In this document: piece by piece, positions 31,366 through 44,763 of the stretch
How the letters are laid out: every line of letters starts with the position of its first letter
How positions within the stretch are numbered: position 1 is the first letter of the stretch
Notes under the pieces: generated by a model
Told to the model about the DNA's origin: nothing
The model's input: only the letters and a program-made list of their open reading frames with translations
Database searches by the model: none
Program-made: the position numbers and the translations under genes
Assembly: GCF_009914755.1 (NCBI RefSeq)
Contig: NC_060942.1
Reading direction: 5' to 3' (one strand)
Length of the DNA: 64,000 nt
From: the human T2T-CHM13v2.0 reference genome, Homo sapiens

Positions 31366-32890
31366 TAGGATGATACCCTTAGAGGATGTAAAGAAAAAAA
31401 AAATTAGTTCATTCATTTTTCAGGGCTTACTGAGCACTATGAGCCAGGTACTCTTCTAGGTAACAGAATTTTAATTGTAATAATGGTAAGTGTCAAAATA
31501 ATAGTACAGTAGTCTTCCAAATCATAGAGATTCTCAGGCAGGTTAAAAAAAACAAAAAACAAAAAACAAGATAATGGTAAAGAACAGTGAGTAGCTCTGT
31601 GGCCAATCTCAAGTGACACTACCAAGCGGCAAGGGCGTTACTAACTGTATAATGCTCCTGGCTCCCCCAGCTTTGGAATTATAGAGTGTTTTATTCTTTT
31701 TTGGAATTCACATTATTTTTATTTCTGTTCAAAAAGTTATTAATATTTTATCTAGTGCTATTTTATATATGTATACTATGTAGTCATGCTGTTTTGGTTG
31801 TTAGTTGGCTGAGATACCTTCCAAATGTCACTAAATAACCATGTGAATTCTTTCATTAAAGAATCTAACCTATTTGTGGTTATATCTTGATATAAAAATC
31901 AAAGAATGCTGATGTACTGTGCTGTACAGTTGCCATCAGGATGTATGCTGTAGTACTCTACAGCCAAAAATCTTAATGACAAATGGCCTATTAGAGCACA
32001 GAAATTTGCATTTCCTTTTTAAATTATGTTTTCTTCTATGAAACCTAATGTTTATAAAGTTTAGTCGTCTAAAAAGTTACTAAACAAAAAATTACCTTGT
32101 TTTTCAACATTTTATTTATTACAGACCCAGATAACAGTCAGTAAGAACTTTAGACCAGATCAACCACACTGAGTGTGAATAACTTCGGTGCAATCTTATT
32201 TCTGGTAAGTATGCAATATCCATCAGGGGTTTTGAATAAAAAGAGCTCACAGATTCCTATATTTCATTTCAGGGTTCCTAGGATTCCCGTAGAAACAGAG
32301 AGAAAAACTTTCAGGCAGAAATGAGATTGACCTATCTCTTTTTTTCCTGTAGAGTATTCTGCCTTGAAGAAAATTTGAAAATATTTGCAATATCTTTGAT
32401 TACACAATTCAAGTAGGTGATTTCATGCACCATCCTGTTTTATGTTCTCAGCTGCTTCAGAGTTTTTACAGGTTTCCATTGTGAAATATCATCTTATGCC
32501 ATGGATGGGTATGGGATGAGAGAAGGGAAATTACCCCTCACCTGGTCTGAGGATCCTGCTAATTATCTGTAACCACACAGGGGTCATCAAGATGAAAGCA
32601 AAACAGAAATATTAAGGCAGGTCACTTTCAGTTATAAACTCTATTGCAATAAAGCGAGATGAGTTTGGGATTTAGCCCTCTTGGAATTATTGGAAGCAGA
32701 ATCTAAAGTCTCCCTCGTACTGGCCGGTGTAAACAAACACTGAAGTCTTTATCCATGTACCCAAAAATGCTGGAACTTCTTTTCCACTTGTTCCCTGCAA
32801 GTCATTAATGACCTTGTGCTGTTCCTTTAAGAAAAGCATATTAGAGAGTCGAAGGTAGCTAGAACAGACATCACCAGAGGCTGAATGTAA

Positions 32891-32901
32891 ATGACTCAGC
32901 A
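32891..32901 (+). promoter_or_regulatory. ARE/MARE (NRF2/NF-E2/BACH-sMAF, AP-1 core) motif
   Basis: atgactcagca perfect consensus match; motif only, function unproven. Confidence 0.4.
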
Positions 32902-33340
32902 CAAGTTAAATGGAAAGAGAAATAGAAGCACAAATATTTTCATTGAAAATTATGCATTCACAAGCCCTTAGAGTAAATATTGTTCCTGAAATGAGTGGTA
33001 ATGCATCAGGAAAGAGAAACCCCAAACTTACATGGATTGCCCTTTAACTACAGAACAAATTTGGTGGAATTTCTAGAACACCTGTTCACACCAAGCCCTC
33101 TGCTTTCAGAAGTTTCATTTTCTTAGATCAGAGCTTGCTGCCAACAAACAAACTCCAGTGAGTGGCACAGCCCTCCTCCTCCTTCCCCTGCCTCTTCTTC
33201 TTTCTCTCATGGTTTGCTATTTCTGAAACCCTAAAGGTCAGAATAATCAGAGGAGACTCAGGAGAAGGATCCAATGTTCCTGGTACCTTCCCATTTTGCC
33301 TCAGGCCATTAAAAATCAGGTATTAAAACTCTGAGTTTTC

Positions 33341-33658
33341 TTTTTTTTTTTAGACTTTAGACAGAGTCTCACTCCATTGCCCATACTGGAGTGCAGAGGT
33401 GAGATCTCGGCTCACTGCAACCTCCGCCTCCCAGTGCAACCTCTGCCTTCCAGGTTCAAGCAATTCTCATGCCTCAGCCTCCCGAGTAGCTGGGACTACA
33501 GGTGCACACCACCATGCCCGGCTAATTTTTGTATTTTTAGTAGACACGGGGTTTCACCATGTTGGCCAGGCTGGTTTCGAACTCCTGACCTCAAATGATC
33601 CACCCATCTCGGCCTCCCAAAGTGCTAGGATTACATGCGTGAGTCACCGTGTTTGGCC
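33341..33658 (-). mobile_element. Alu SINE (AluS) with internal 19-bp tandem duplication
   Basis: Perfect 16-bp TSD aaaactctgagttttc (33325-33340, 33659-33674). Confidence 0.97.
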
Positions 33659-34899
33659 AAAACTCTGAGTTTTCAAAGGAAGACATTATTTAAACATAGA
33701 TACTTGTAGATCACAGTTCCTGTTTCAAACTGGTATCTTAATGTAAAACTCTTCTCCCCCTCCCATCTTGGTAGCTCACATGTCAGCTTCCTCTTGGCTC
33801 TATCTCTCTTTTTCCCCCTTCACCTTCACTACCTAGTCCTGAATTGGGGGTCTTGCCTGAATTAGAGCCCAGTCCCAGGAATTTCCACTAAGAACACCTA
33901 AGTTTCTTCCTATAAAGGTAGAGAAAGGCCACCCCATATGCTCTAAGTAGATGATAAAGTTTCAGTGGAACCCATCTGCCTCTCTCTTTTTCAGTTTCCA
34001 AATCCTGAGAAGTTTTCTCTGATATAAATTGATCCCAAAGCCTGTCCCATGCATGAGCGTGGGTGTGACTCTCTGTTCACAGCACTACCTGCTTCAAATT
34101 GGTTAAAGAGCCTTTCCAGATTCATAGACCAGATCAAAGGCATGGTGCTGGCAGCCAGAGGACAGGGGCTGTCACACCCCAATTCACAAAGGAGGGAACT
34201 CCAGGATTTTCATCTGGTTTTGCAGAATGCCAAATGTGCTCCTGGCTTTTGTAATAATACTAATTATGCCTTCCAAATTATAGGCTGGACAGATGTGTTA
34301 ACCAGGCCCTGAGGTGCATTTGTCAGTAGGTGTCCAACTGTGAGCACCGGGCAAGTCTGCGGAAGAGCCCAAAGGGCATAGCCAAACACATAGCAAACTT
34401 CGAGGAGCTGTTCAGCTACTTGGACTCAAACTTCACTTGCTCTTCGCTGTCTGGTTGTAAATTGCTTCATGTGAAAGCACATACACACTCATTAAACATT
34501 AAGGCTTTCCAGGTATTTCAGGCCATTTTCTCCCTAAGTCCACTTTTTCGGTTTTCTATTTTCTGTTTGGCCTGTCCTTTCTTCTGAAGTGTGCACAAGC
34601 TTCCCCTAGGTTAGAGATGTGGGTGACAGTATTTCAATACCCAAAGATCCCACAGGTCACCAATTGCCTCAAGGACAAATTCTTCTGCTCTAAAATACAC
34701 CTTCCTTATCCATTATTTTTGGTGCCTAAAATACTGAAGTTCAGGCTTAGTTGTTCGTTTTTTAACTTTTTATTTCTTTTCAGATAACTTCCCGATATTT
34801 GTGTGCCAACGAGGGGTCATATTTTAGTTATCTGTGTGAGATTTTTTTCAGATGTTTTACAAGAAGTAAGTTTTGATAAGAAAAAAAAGAATGTGATGA

Positions 34900-35022
34900 T
34901 ATAGGAGAAAGAGAGTTAAAGAGAGGAAAGGAAGGAAAAAGGAGAGGGAGAAAGGAAAAAAGGGTGAGAGGGAGGAAAAAGAAAAGAAAAGAGAGAAGAG
35001 GAGAGGAGAAAAGGAAAGAAAA
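34900..35022. repeat. Polypurine (GA-rich) low-complexity tract
   Basis: ~120 bp of almost only A/G. Confidence 0.9.
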
Positions 35023-35287
35023 ATCATGAGGAGTTGAGAGGAATGAAGCGGGGAGACACCATAGGGCCTAGAAGAGGAGTTTGGAAAGTACAACAGACAA
35101 GTGTCACCGTCTCAGAATAGACCAAGGACAGCCTCTGTTACCTCCTATTCCAAATACTTATTTCTGCAGGGAATTTTCCAGACCCAAAGATTTTGCTTCC
35201 AGTCTGAGGAATTAGATTCACAGTCAAATTTTTCTGAATTGCTGAAAGCGAGTGAAGTCCATAATTATCCCCAGAAACTAAAGAGTC

Positions 35288-35298
35288 TGCTGAGTCAT
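35288..35298 (-). promoter_or_regulatory. ARE/MARE motif
   Basis: tgctgagtcat, reverse complement of atgactcagca; motif only. Confidence 0.4.
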
Positions 35299-38200
35299 TT
35301 AAAAATATAATTTAAGTGACACTCCCTCAGTTATATCTCTCTTGTGTTAGCATTTTATTTTAAAGGTGGTATAAATAGTCATTTTGAAAGCAGTTGCCAT
35401 CAGGAGCCCCAAGCTGACTCTGCTAAAGGGGTATGCAGACAGAAGGGTTCCATGTCCAATAAGCCCACTCCCCTTAACCCACCTGGGGCTCCTGCCCTGG
35501 GGGCTGAAACTTCAGGTTGTCTCTTTTCAGGGTAGAAGGATGGAAAAGTTTGAAGTGAAAATGCCTGATTTTAAACTTTGTTCTGAGCATCACTCAGAAG
35601 ACTGTCCATAGATGTTCTTCCCATCGACTTCTTCCAGAATATTCTTTCTCAGAAAAGAAAATAAATAGACTGTTGTCAGCTTCACTTTGATGCCAAGCAG
35701 GAAAGACTTCCAAGGTTATAAGCTCATGTCTAAGGTTCTAGATAAACATCTCCAGGTGTGGGGATGAAGCTACTGCACACTGCAATTGTAACAGAATCGT
35801 AACCAAGCACATACGTACATTTCTTTTTTCAACTCTTAGGTCAGACACGATGTAAAAATATCAAGATGTTTACCAAAGTATTCCCAACCACAGTTTGAGC
35901 TATCAATCCATCCACTACTAAAACGTAAGCTTTGGTATTTTCAACGACTCGAAGAAAATTAACTCTAGCAATCGCCTCCTACTTTTTACAGAACTGCTCA
36001 GCTTCCGCGGCGGCAGGAAACACTGTTTGAATCAACGGCTGTAATAATACTCCTCATTCCTGCTAATGCAAAGCAGCAAGGCCTGGGCCCTTCTGTTTTA
36101 CACTGCACACTGATTTGGAAGCAAATATTTTTCCAACAACATCACTAAATTGAAAGCATTTTGAAAAATCTGAAGCTTTCACAGAATATTGTTTTGGAAA
36201 AACCAACCCTAGTAGATCTGTCAGTGACATAAGCCATCCCCTTCAATTTAGCTTGAAAATGCGAGCTCACCCTGTCAAACAGCTCTAAATTACATATATC
36301 TTTGCACAGGGCATTCCAAGATCCAATTAAAAAGGTGGGGAAAGTGGGGAGTAAAAAATGTTATTTTTTTCCATTATGCTCTTCTTATTTATTAATAAAA
36401 ACAGTGACATCTGTCTGCCTTTAATATTGTTGGGGCACATGTATTTGTAAATAAGGAATCCAGGCACAGTTGAGAATCTAAAATGCTTAATCACATATTA
36501 ATTTTTACAGTTATAATTCACCCAATACCCAAATAGGTACTAAGAGCTTACTACAGACAATGGTCAATATTAGGTTCTTTGATAGGTATAAAGTTATTCA
36601 AGAAATGAAGCCATCAATTTAAGGTACTTACCCTCTATTCGAGGATATAATAAAACATGCAAATACTTGAATTCTAAGACATCATTCTTCTATGAAAATG
36701 AATCACTTGGCACATCTTTTCCTGTGCTTTCTAATCTCTGTTGATTTGAGCATCGGAGCTTCTAATGGTCATCCCTTATGTGTCTATCGTCTTATTTATC
36801 AATATTTAGGGGGAACCTTGTAAAATAAACTATACCCAACTGTGTTTTGCTATCTTAACGTCTCTTATAAAACACTCTAATATTTAAATACGCTGCAGTT
36901 TGTTACATTGATTTCCCTCCAATCCTTTTACTTTTCTTACAGAAAATTTCAAAAATATAAAAAGTACAAGGAATGTGTAATGCTCCCTCAGTGCCCTTCA
37001 CACAGTTCCAGTGATGATCAGTACTTAGTCAGTTTCCATCTGAATGCCCACCTGACCTCTCTTTCTTAACACCCAGACCAGATTATTTTGAAATGAATCC
37101 CAAACATCGTAGCATTTCTTCTGTAAATATTTCAATGTTGTCACATTGAGTTTTAAGTTTCCTTTACATTTTAAGGAATCCTTGATATTTTTAGGTATTT
37201 ATCAGGCTACTTCACATCCTACAAAGTATGTTAATTTGTATTCTATCTACACACATAAGTGGTGGAGTTGGCCCATCTATTTTAAACGAATTATCATGGA
37301 AATAGTCTATATGCATCATCATTTTTAATCATCACGGAGTTTTGCACAGCTATGTATCTGAGTTTACAAGCTCACACTTTGTCAGTCACTTCCACACTAT
37401 TATTTTGAGCATGTTAGTTCTTGCCATTTATTTATTTAGAATATTTTTATATTATAATGAGTTTCTCACATTCTTGTTTTCTTTCATGCTCCCAGGCCGT
37501 TATTGATCTGTGAAAGTCTCCTCATTCCAGGGAGCAATCTGCTTTATGGGAGGGAGCTGTGCCCAGTTCATGGGTCTTTCCATGTGGCTTTGAAGGGACA
37601 AAAGCATCAAGTTCAAGGATATTATTAGGAAAAGCATCCAAATACCTTGGAGATTCTCATGGGGAGGGGCTGAAGTGATGGGGGTAGGACAAACTCCTCG
37701 TGGTAGAATAAGAAAGTGAAAGCTACATCATGAGGTTAAATAAGCAAGAGGATTCAAAATGCCAAGCTTCTTTATTCTAAGTGAAGAATTGCATTCCCAA
37801 GGCTCACTTCTATTAGAAAAATGAAGTCTTGTGTTCAGGTTGTTAAATCAAACATAAAAAGGAGAAATAAATTCCCCGGTGCCAATAAAAAGTCTCTCCT
37901 TGCTGCTGAAAGCAAAAGTTTTGAGACATTCAACAATAGGTCAAAATAACATTCTGTGTTCTGCACACCATATTCCAAACTCAAGCAAAATGTCTACGGA
38001 ATTTTTTTTTTTTTAATTTCAAAGCCTTTTGATTAAAGTGTACCAGAAGGGCACTGACAGAGCAGGCTGTTTCTGTTCTTCTGCGGAAGGTTTCAATGGC
38101 CGCCGCACACTCTCTAAATCTATTTACTTCAAGGCTGGAATGAAACAAACATGACAGATGGTTTTTTAAAAAAATCAAAGGGGAAGTTCTTGGAACACAT

Positions 38201-39432
38201 CCTTCAAAATAAAATTTTGTTTCTTTTTTTTTTTTTTTTTGGAGCAGCTGAAATGATTTTTCAGAACATCTGATGAGCGATTTTAATACTTCAACTTTCT
38301 CCTCCATGAAGCGAGCCCATTCATTTGGAGACTTCTGTTCTTTTGTTTTATTTCTGTGAGTGTCTTTCTTTGACAAGACATAAAGTCTGAAAACGACAAT
38401 ATGCTAAATGAATGGACCCATAGTATATTTGGCTACATAAGGGCTGCTGGAGTATACTTTGGATTTTGACGGGATAATAGAACGCTTAATGGAAGAAATC
38501 TTGAAGAAATAACAAGGAAAGTTAATGAGTCTTCATGTTTACTATTGCTCATGTTCACGGGGGATGAGCAATTTTCCCTCACCTGTTGTAAGGACAGTAA
38601 CTAGAGGGGTACTCCATTCCCCGGAAGGCCGGACAGCTTAGGTTAGGAAAACACCATAAAAGGGAATGGGGGGTTAAGGAGCTTGAGGAAGGGTTTGGGG
38701 ATTACTGTGTAGAGCTGGTTTTCACCTACTCATGCTCAGAGGAGCACTGGTTTATCACCACCAGTAAGCCTCACTTACAAAGCTGAAATTTAACTTTTGG
38801 AAACGTGCAAAACCACAGTTGACATTAGCACAGTCTGTTAAAAGTAAGGAATGGCTCTTGCTCAGTTTTCATATGGACTGGATATAAGGGAGAAAGAGGA
38901 GACAAATAGGACTCCCAGGTCTCCTGGGTGGGTCACAGCAGGTGGGACACTGAGTCCATGGAAGACAGGCGACAGAGGAGATCTGGAAGCTAACATGTAG
39001 CTTTCAAAGGCTTGTCTAAAGACTCACAAATTTAGAAATCATGCCATCTCCGGATCTCATAACTAAAAACTGGAGGACTGAGACCTCCACAGAAAAGCAG
39101 CATGAGGCTATTGTTTAAAAACACTAACTTCGGTTTGCAAAAGACCCGGATTAAAGTCCCTGCATCCCCACCTTTTAGCCATATGACCCTAGATCAAGGG
39201 GAACAGCCTTTTTGGGTTCTTTCCTTATTGGTTAAACTTGGGTCACTGAACCTTCTTAGGATGTTAAGATACTCAAATGAGGTCATGTGAAGAAAGCATC
39301 TATCATAGAAATAGGCCCTTAACACAGCTATTCCCCTCCACTCAGGCCCCATGGTACCAGCCAAAGGAGAATATGTTCTATACGGGGGTCACAAGATCTG
39401 CCCTGACCATAGCCCTAACCCAAGAAAAAACA

Positions 39433-39728
39433 AAACTATGCTAAGTGAAATAAGCCAGGCACAGAAGAACAAACACTGCACGATTCCATTTTCCTCATTA
39501 TCGAATGCAGTCGAACTCACTGAAGCAGGAAGTAGAATGGTGGTTGCCAGGGGTGAGGAGGGCGGAAATAAACAGTCGCTCTGCGCACAGGGCTTCAGCC
39601 GCACAAGATGAAAAAGTTCCAATGATCTGCTGTACAGCAATGTGCATATAATTAACAATACCATACCATACACTTAAAAATTTGTTAAGGGGATAGATTT
39701 CATGTTATGTGTTTTTTACAATAAAAAG
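39433..39728 (+). mobile_element. L1MB-like 3' UTR fragment
   Basis: tatgctaagtgaaataagccaggcacagaa, gtagaatggtggttgccaggg, gatctgctgtacagcaa, cacttaaaaatttgttaag, caataaaaa. Confidence 0.85.
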
Positions 39729-40224
39729 AAAGTAATGCTCTCTAAACCCCCACCAGCTCCCCGCATGGTCCCAAACTTTGTTCGATATCATTCCTAGAAG
39801 GACTGCCCAGGGAAGCTCGCTGATAGTTATCCTGGTTACAAGCATAAAAAGATAACTAACAACGCAAGGGCAACATGATAAGTACCAGATTCTAAACAAA
39901 TAGTAATGCAGAAGATACTTTGAGTTACAAGAGAGAGGAATCACTTGTGTCGATGTGATAGGAAGACAGAGCGGGCAGGAAGGAGCAGCCTGCTCTGGCT
40001 GAACGATCTGTGCCAGGCCCCATCCAAAGTGTTTCCAGAAGGCACTATTGCATGAGAAAGGAGAATCCAGAAATAGATCAACACATCCCAGCCCTTAGCA
40101 TTTCCTGGCCCAAACTCAATGTTTCCTAAACATTTGGTGAATGAATGTAAAATCCAAATTTCACAGAACCACCTATTACAAATTTTATTTACTTAGCTGA
40201 CAGCAAGTTAATGACATATTTACA

Positions 40225-41010
40225 AAGCTTATAACAAAGCCATTTGGTTTGGCAATGTCATTTGACACTAAAAATGAGCTTATGCTTTGACCCAGCAATT
40301 CCAATTTGCAATGTCTGCCTAAAAAATTCCTGTATAGAACACAAGGAGACACGTATGACGATGGTCATGACAACGTTGTTTGTCAAGGCAATGGCTGAAT
40401 AAATTGTGGGTGACTTGTACAGTGGAATACTACACAACACTGAAAAGGAATGAGCTGGATCTATTATAAAAACATGAAATGAACCCAGAAATATAATATT
40501 GAGTAAAAATGATTATTGCAGAAGATTATGCCACTTATGTTCAAACACACATGCACACCCTCAATACTATGTTGCTTCTATACATATACATGTATGCATA
40601 CAAAATATGGAAAAAGTCTAAAAGGACAAATATGTATCTGGCCCATATATATATATAAGAGTACAAGAGACAATGCCAACTTCCAGAGATTTAGGAAACT
40701 CAAAATCATTATGCTAAGTAAAAGAATCCAAACATAAAAAACTTTATAATATATTATTTTACTTATTTGAAAATTTAGAAAAGATAAGACTGTAGTAACA
40801 GAAAGTAGGACAGTGGTTTCCAGAGCTATAGCATGGATACAGGAATTGGATACAGAAGAGCCCAAGGAAGCTTTTTGGGGGGACGGAAATGTTCTATATT
40901 ATGATCAAGATGGCAATTACACAGGTGTTTACATTTGTCAGGACTTACTGAATTGAACACTTAAAACTGGTGAATTTTATTGGATGCAAATTATATCTGA
41001 ATAATATTAA
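40225..41010 (+). mobile_element. L1ME/MC fragments
   Basis: tttgacccagcaattcca, gtggaatactacacaac..aaaaggaatgagct, ggaaatgttctatatt..tacacaggtgtttacatttgtc..aattgaacacttaaaa. Confidence 0.7.
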
Positions 41011-41903
41011 TGAAAGCCTACGATAAAGGCTACTATTAGGAGGATATGAGAGCTGATATTGGAGTTTAATTTTTAAAGAGAAAACACACATGTTAATCTT
41101 ATTTACTGTGACATTATGTATATTGTCTTGAACTCTTTTGCCCTTTACATAGCAAATTACCACAAACTTATTTTTTATTCTTAGGGAAAAAAAATGTGCT
41201 GTATACATTTTTGTTGTTGTTGTTACCTGGACTGTTCTAAATAGAAACTGAAAATGTTTGAGGGGGAAATATGTGTCCCTCCCACATTTGGTATGAAAAG
41301 AAGAATGCTGATGAGAGCGGCCAAGAGCTGGGTTCTAAGAGGTCTTTTGTCTGTTCACCCTCCCCTCTGGAGGCTCTGTTGTATCATCTGAGTACTAGAA
41401 GGCTGGGTGCCAGCTAACCTCTTAGACTACTTCCAGCCGCAGCCGAGTGCTTGGTTCTTTTGAAACCCAATGCACCAGGGAAAAAGATTGACATGGGCCT
41501 CAAAAGAAAAATAAAGATAGTTAGAAATGACTGTATCCACTTATATCCAAAGATAAGATTGGGAGCCTTCAAATTCCACATGCCCCGTTCCTTCAGTCAG
41601 TTTTTCCCATTGCCTGTAGCGACTGAGTTACTTTACTCTGAGAAAGCTGTTGTAGTGCTGAAGAAAGCACAACAGACCCAAGACCATAGTGAATGACCTT
41701 AACTTTGACTGAAGCAAATTCCTACAGCTCTTTTTTTTTCAATTTGTTGTGGAAATGCAAATTAAAAGAGTATAGATTTAGTCCTTTCCCATCTGTCTTT
41801 TTTCTAATGACCTATTAAAATATTTAATTATATATTATATTTATTATATACCATATATATATATAAAAAGAAATAAAAATTGGAGTGTTTTTTTAACTAC
41901 AGG

Positions 41904-42405
41904 TGTATGAGACAGGCTTCTTCAGAGAAACAGAATCAATAGGATCTCTATATAGATTCATAAAAAGACCTTTATTTGAAGGGATGAGCGCTTGAAATGA
42001 TGGAGGCTGTTCAGTCCCAAAATCTGCAGTTGGCAAGCCAGAGACCCAGGAGAGCCAAGGGTGCATTTCCATTCTAAAGGAAGTCAGGCTTGAGACCCAA
42101 GAAGAACAGATGTTTCGATCTGAGTCTGAAAGCTGAGGAACAGAAAATAGTGTCTCAGCTCAAAAGCATCAGACAGGAGATCCCTCTCACTCATGGATGG
42201 TTCAGCCTTTTTGTTTTATTCAGGCCTTCAACTGATTGGACAAGGCCCACCCATATTAGAGAAGGCCATCTGCTTGACTCAGTCTACCAATTAAAGGCTA
42301 ATCTCATCCAGAAACACTTCCACTGACACATCCAGAATAATGTTAGATCAAATATCTAGGCACCCCATGGCCCAGTCAGATTGACCCAAAAAATTAACCA
42401 TCACA
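41904..42405 (-). mobile_element. MLT2 solo LTR (ERVL)
   Basis: cagagaaacagaatcaatagga ... ttcaggccttcaactgattgga ... cccatggcccagtcagattgac..aattaaccatcaca. Confidence 0.92.
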
Positions 42406-42905
42406 ATAGAGGAGTCTTAAATTCCGTCATTGAAAGAGTACAAGGAACTCTAGGACACCAATACCTTCCCAAACAATAAAGAGTCTCAATAGTAATTAAC
42501 TGAGGTCTTAAAGGAATTAGAACCAAATGTAAGCATCATTTAGCTAGAAATTTCTTCTCTTGAAACCCACCTTTTTAAGAATACAAGAAACACATTTAAA
42601 GGGAAGCTGGGGCAAACCCATTGAAGTTGGCATCTTCTACATAGTTAATCCCAAATCTGGATCGGGGCAAGGCAGATTTATTTGGACTGAATGAGTTGAT
42701 AAATAGTTTTTAATTTGCAAATTAATTGTGAGGGCTTTCAGTACATTTGTTCTGTCTCTCAAAGTCCATGTTAACAACCATTATCAGTAGCTCTTGGCCT
42801 TTGAGTTGTCTTTCCCTGAGAGAAGAGATCATTTGGCTCTCTCACTTTGAACCCTAGGACTTCCATCTTGATGATGGTTGGCCAAGGTTTGGGCACAGTC
42901 TGGGC

Positions 42906-43017
42906 TAAAGTGACCAACTATGCTAGTTTGCCCAGGGCTGTCCAGGTTTTAGCGTCGCAAGTCCCACATCCCAGGAAATTCCTCAGTGTAGGCAAACCAC
43001 GAGGGTTGCCTACCCTA
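42906..43017. mobile_element. MER81-like MITE (hAT-Blackjack)
   Basis: TIR-like taaagtgaccaac..gtttgcc / ggcaaacc..ggttgcctacccta; flanks gtctgggc/gtctgtgg. Confidence 0.8.
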
Positions 43018-43094
43018 GTCTGTGGCCCTGGCTCTGTCCCCTGTCAATCTCTCCCTCCTTCCTTGTTGGTCTTCTTTCAAGTGATCAATTCATT

Positions 43095-43330
43095 GTGAAT
43101 AGCCAGCACCCAGCACAGAGCCTGGTTCATAGGAAGTACTAAGTAATTTGTTGAAATACTGAATGAATAACAATAATAATGATATAACAATAGCTACCAT
43201 ATATTGATAATTTTCTTCATGCCTGTTTCAAGAATTAAAGTATTAATTCATTTACTATCTCAACAGCCTCATGAGACATAAAACACTATTTTCATATACT
43301 ATAACTGAGAAGGCAGAGGCAAAGAGAATG
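43095..43330. mobile_element. L2 tail followed by MIR fragment
   Basis: cccagcacagagcctgg..tttgttgaa..gaatgaat, then aacaatagctaccat..ctcaacagcctcatgaga..aactgag. Confidence 0.55.
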
Positions 43331-44373
43331 CTTGGGAAAAAAATAGAAATAGAGCAAAGCCTACTGATCAGTCCATCTGGGATGAGACCCTGTAAAGTTG
43401 GCCTTTCTAACACTGGAATTTAGCCAACTGAGATAAGACCTCTATCTTCCTAGAATACATCACCTTCTTTAGCAAACTGAAACAGAAGAAAATTATTCAT
43501 TCTTTCTGAGCAAGCTGTCACCCACCATAATTGTGAACTGGAATTTTCTGGTGAAAATAATAATGACACTGATCCAGAAAGTCAGCTGAAAAGCAGGATA
43601 CAGGCTGGTAACATTGCAAAATTGCACATGGGAGGACCTGAACTCTGGGCCCCAGAGAGTGCTGTGGCTCAGGAGGTAGGACCACATGGGAGACCACACC
43701 CTAGAGGAAGATGGGATCTGGACATGGGACTGGCTGTGACCGTAGGGTACATTCTGGTTCTAGGGAAAGACCCAGTCCCTAAAAGATGCATCTTCCCTCT
43801 ACCACTGGACTAATAAGGATCATTCTCCAGCTAAGAGAAAACAATCTGATCGGTTCAGCTAACCTGATTTAGACAAGGATTATTCTCAGAGAAGCACATG
43901 ATGTTAAGGGAAGTGCAAGAAATAAGAGAAAGAGAAGCCAAGTTGGAGAGCTCCTCAGAGGACATGGCAGAGGCAAACAAGATACAGAGAACAGATAGAT
44001 TGGGAGAATCACCAAGGAAATCTGATGCTTATTTCAAGACTGAGGTTAAATGTAAAATATGGCCAGAAGGACCTTGTCATAGCAAGATGATGCCTCTCTT
44101 CTACCATAATAGTTTCCAAGCTTTGTAACCTGGGCTAGGAGCCACATATTCTTAAAACCATGGTATGTGCTACATCCTTCCACCAGAAATTGATGTGCCA
44201 AACAATTTCTCCTTGAGGAGCGATGAGGTCATTAGGTTTCTCATTATAGTAATTAGCATAAAACTGAGAAAATCATCAAGATAATTCAGGGTTTTCTTTA
44301 AGCACTTTTGGCTACTAGCTAGATACAACAAACAAAAATAATTTTAGGTAGAAATTTCTGAGTATTTGTCTTA

Positions 44374-44763
<390 letters not shown>

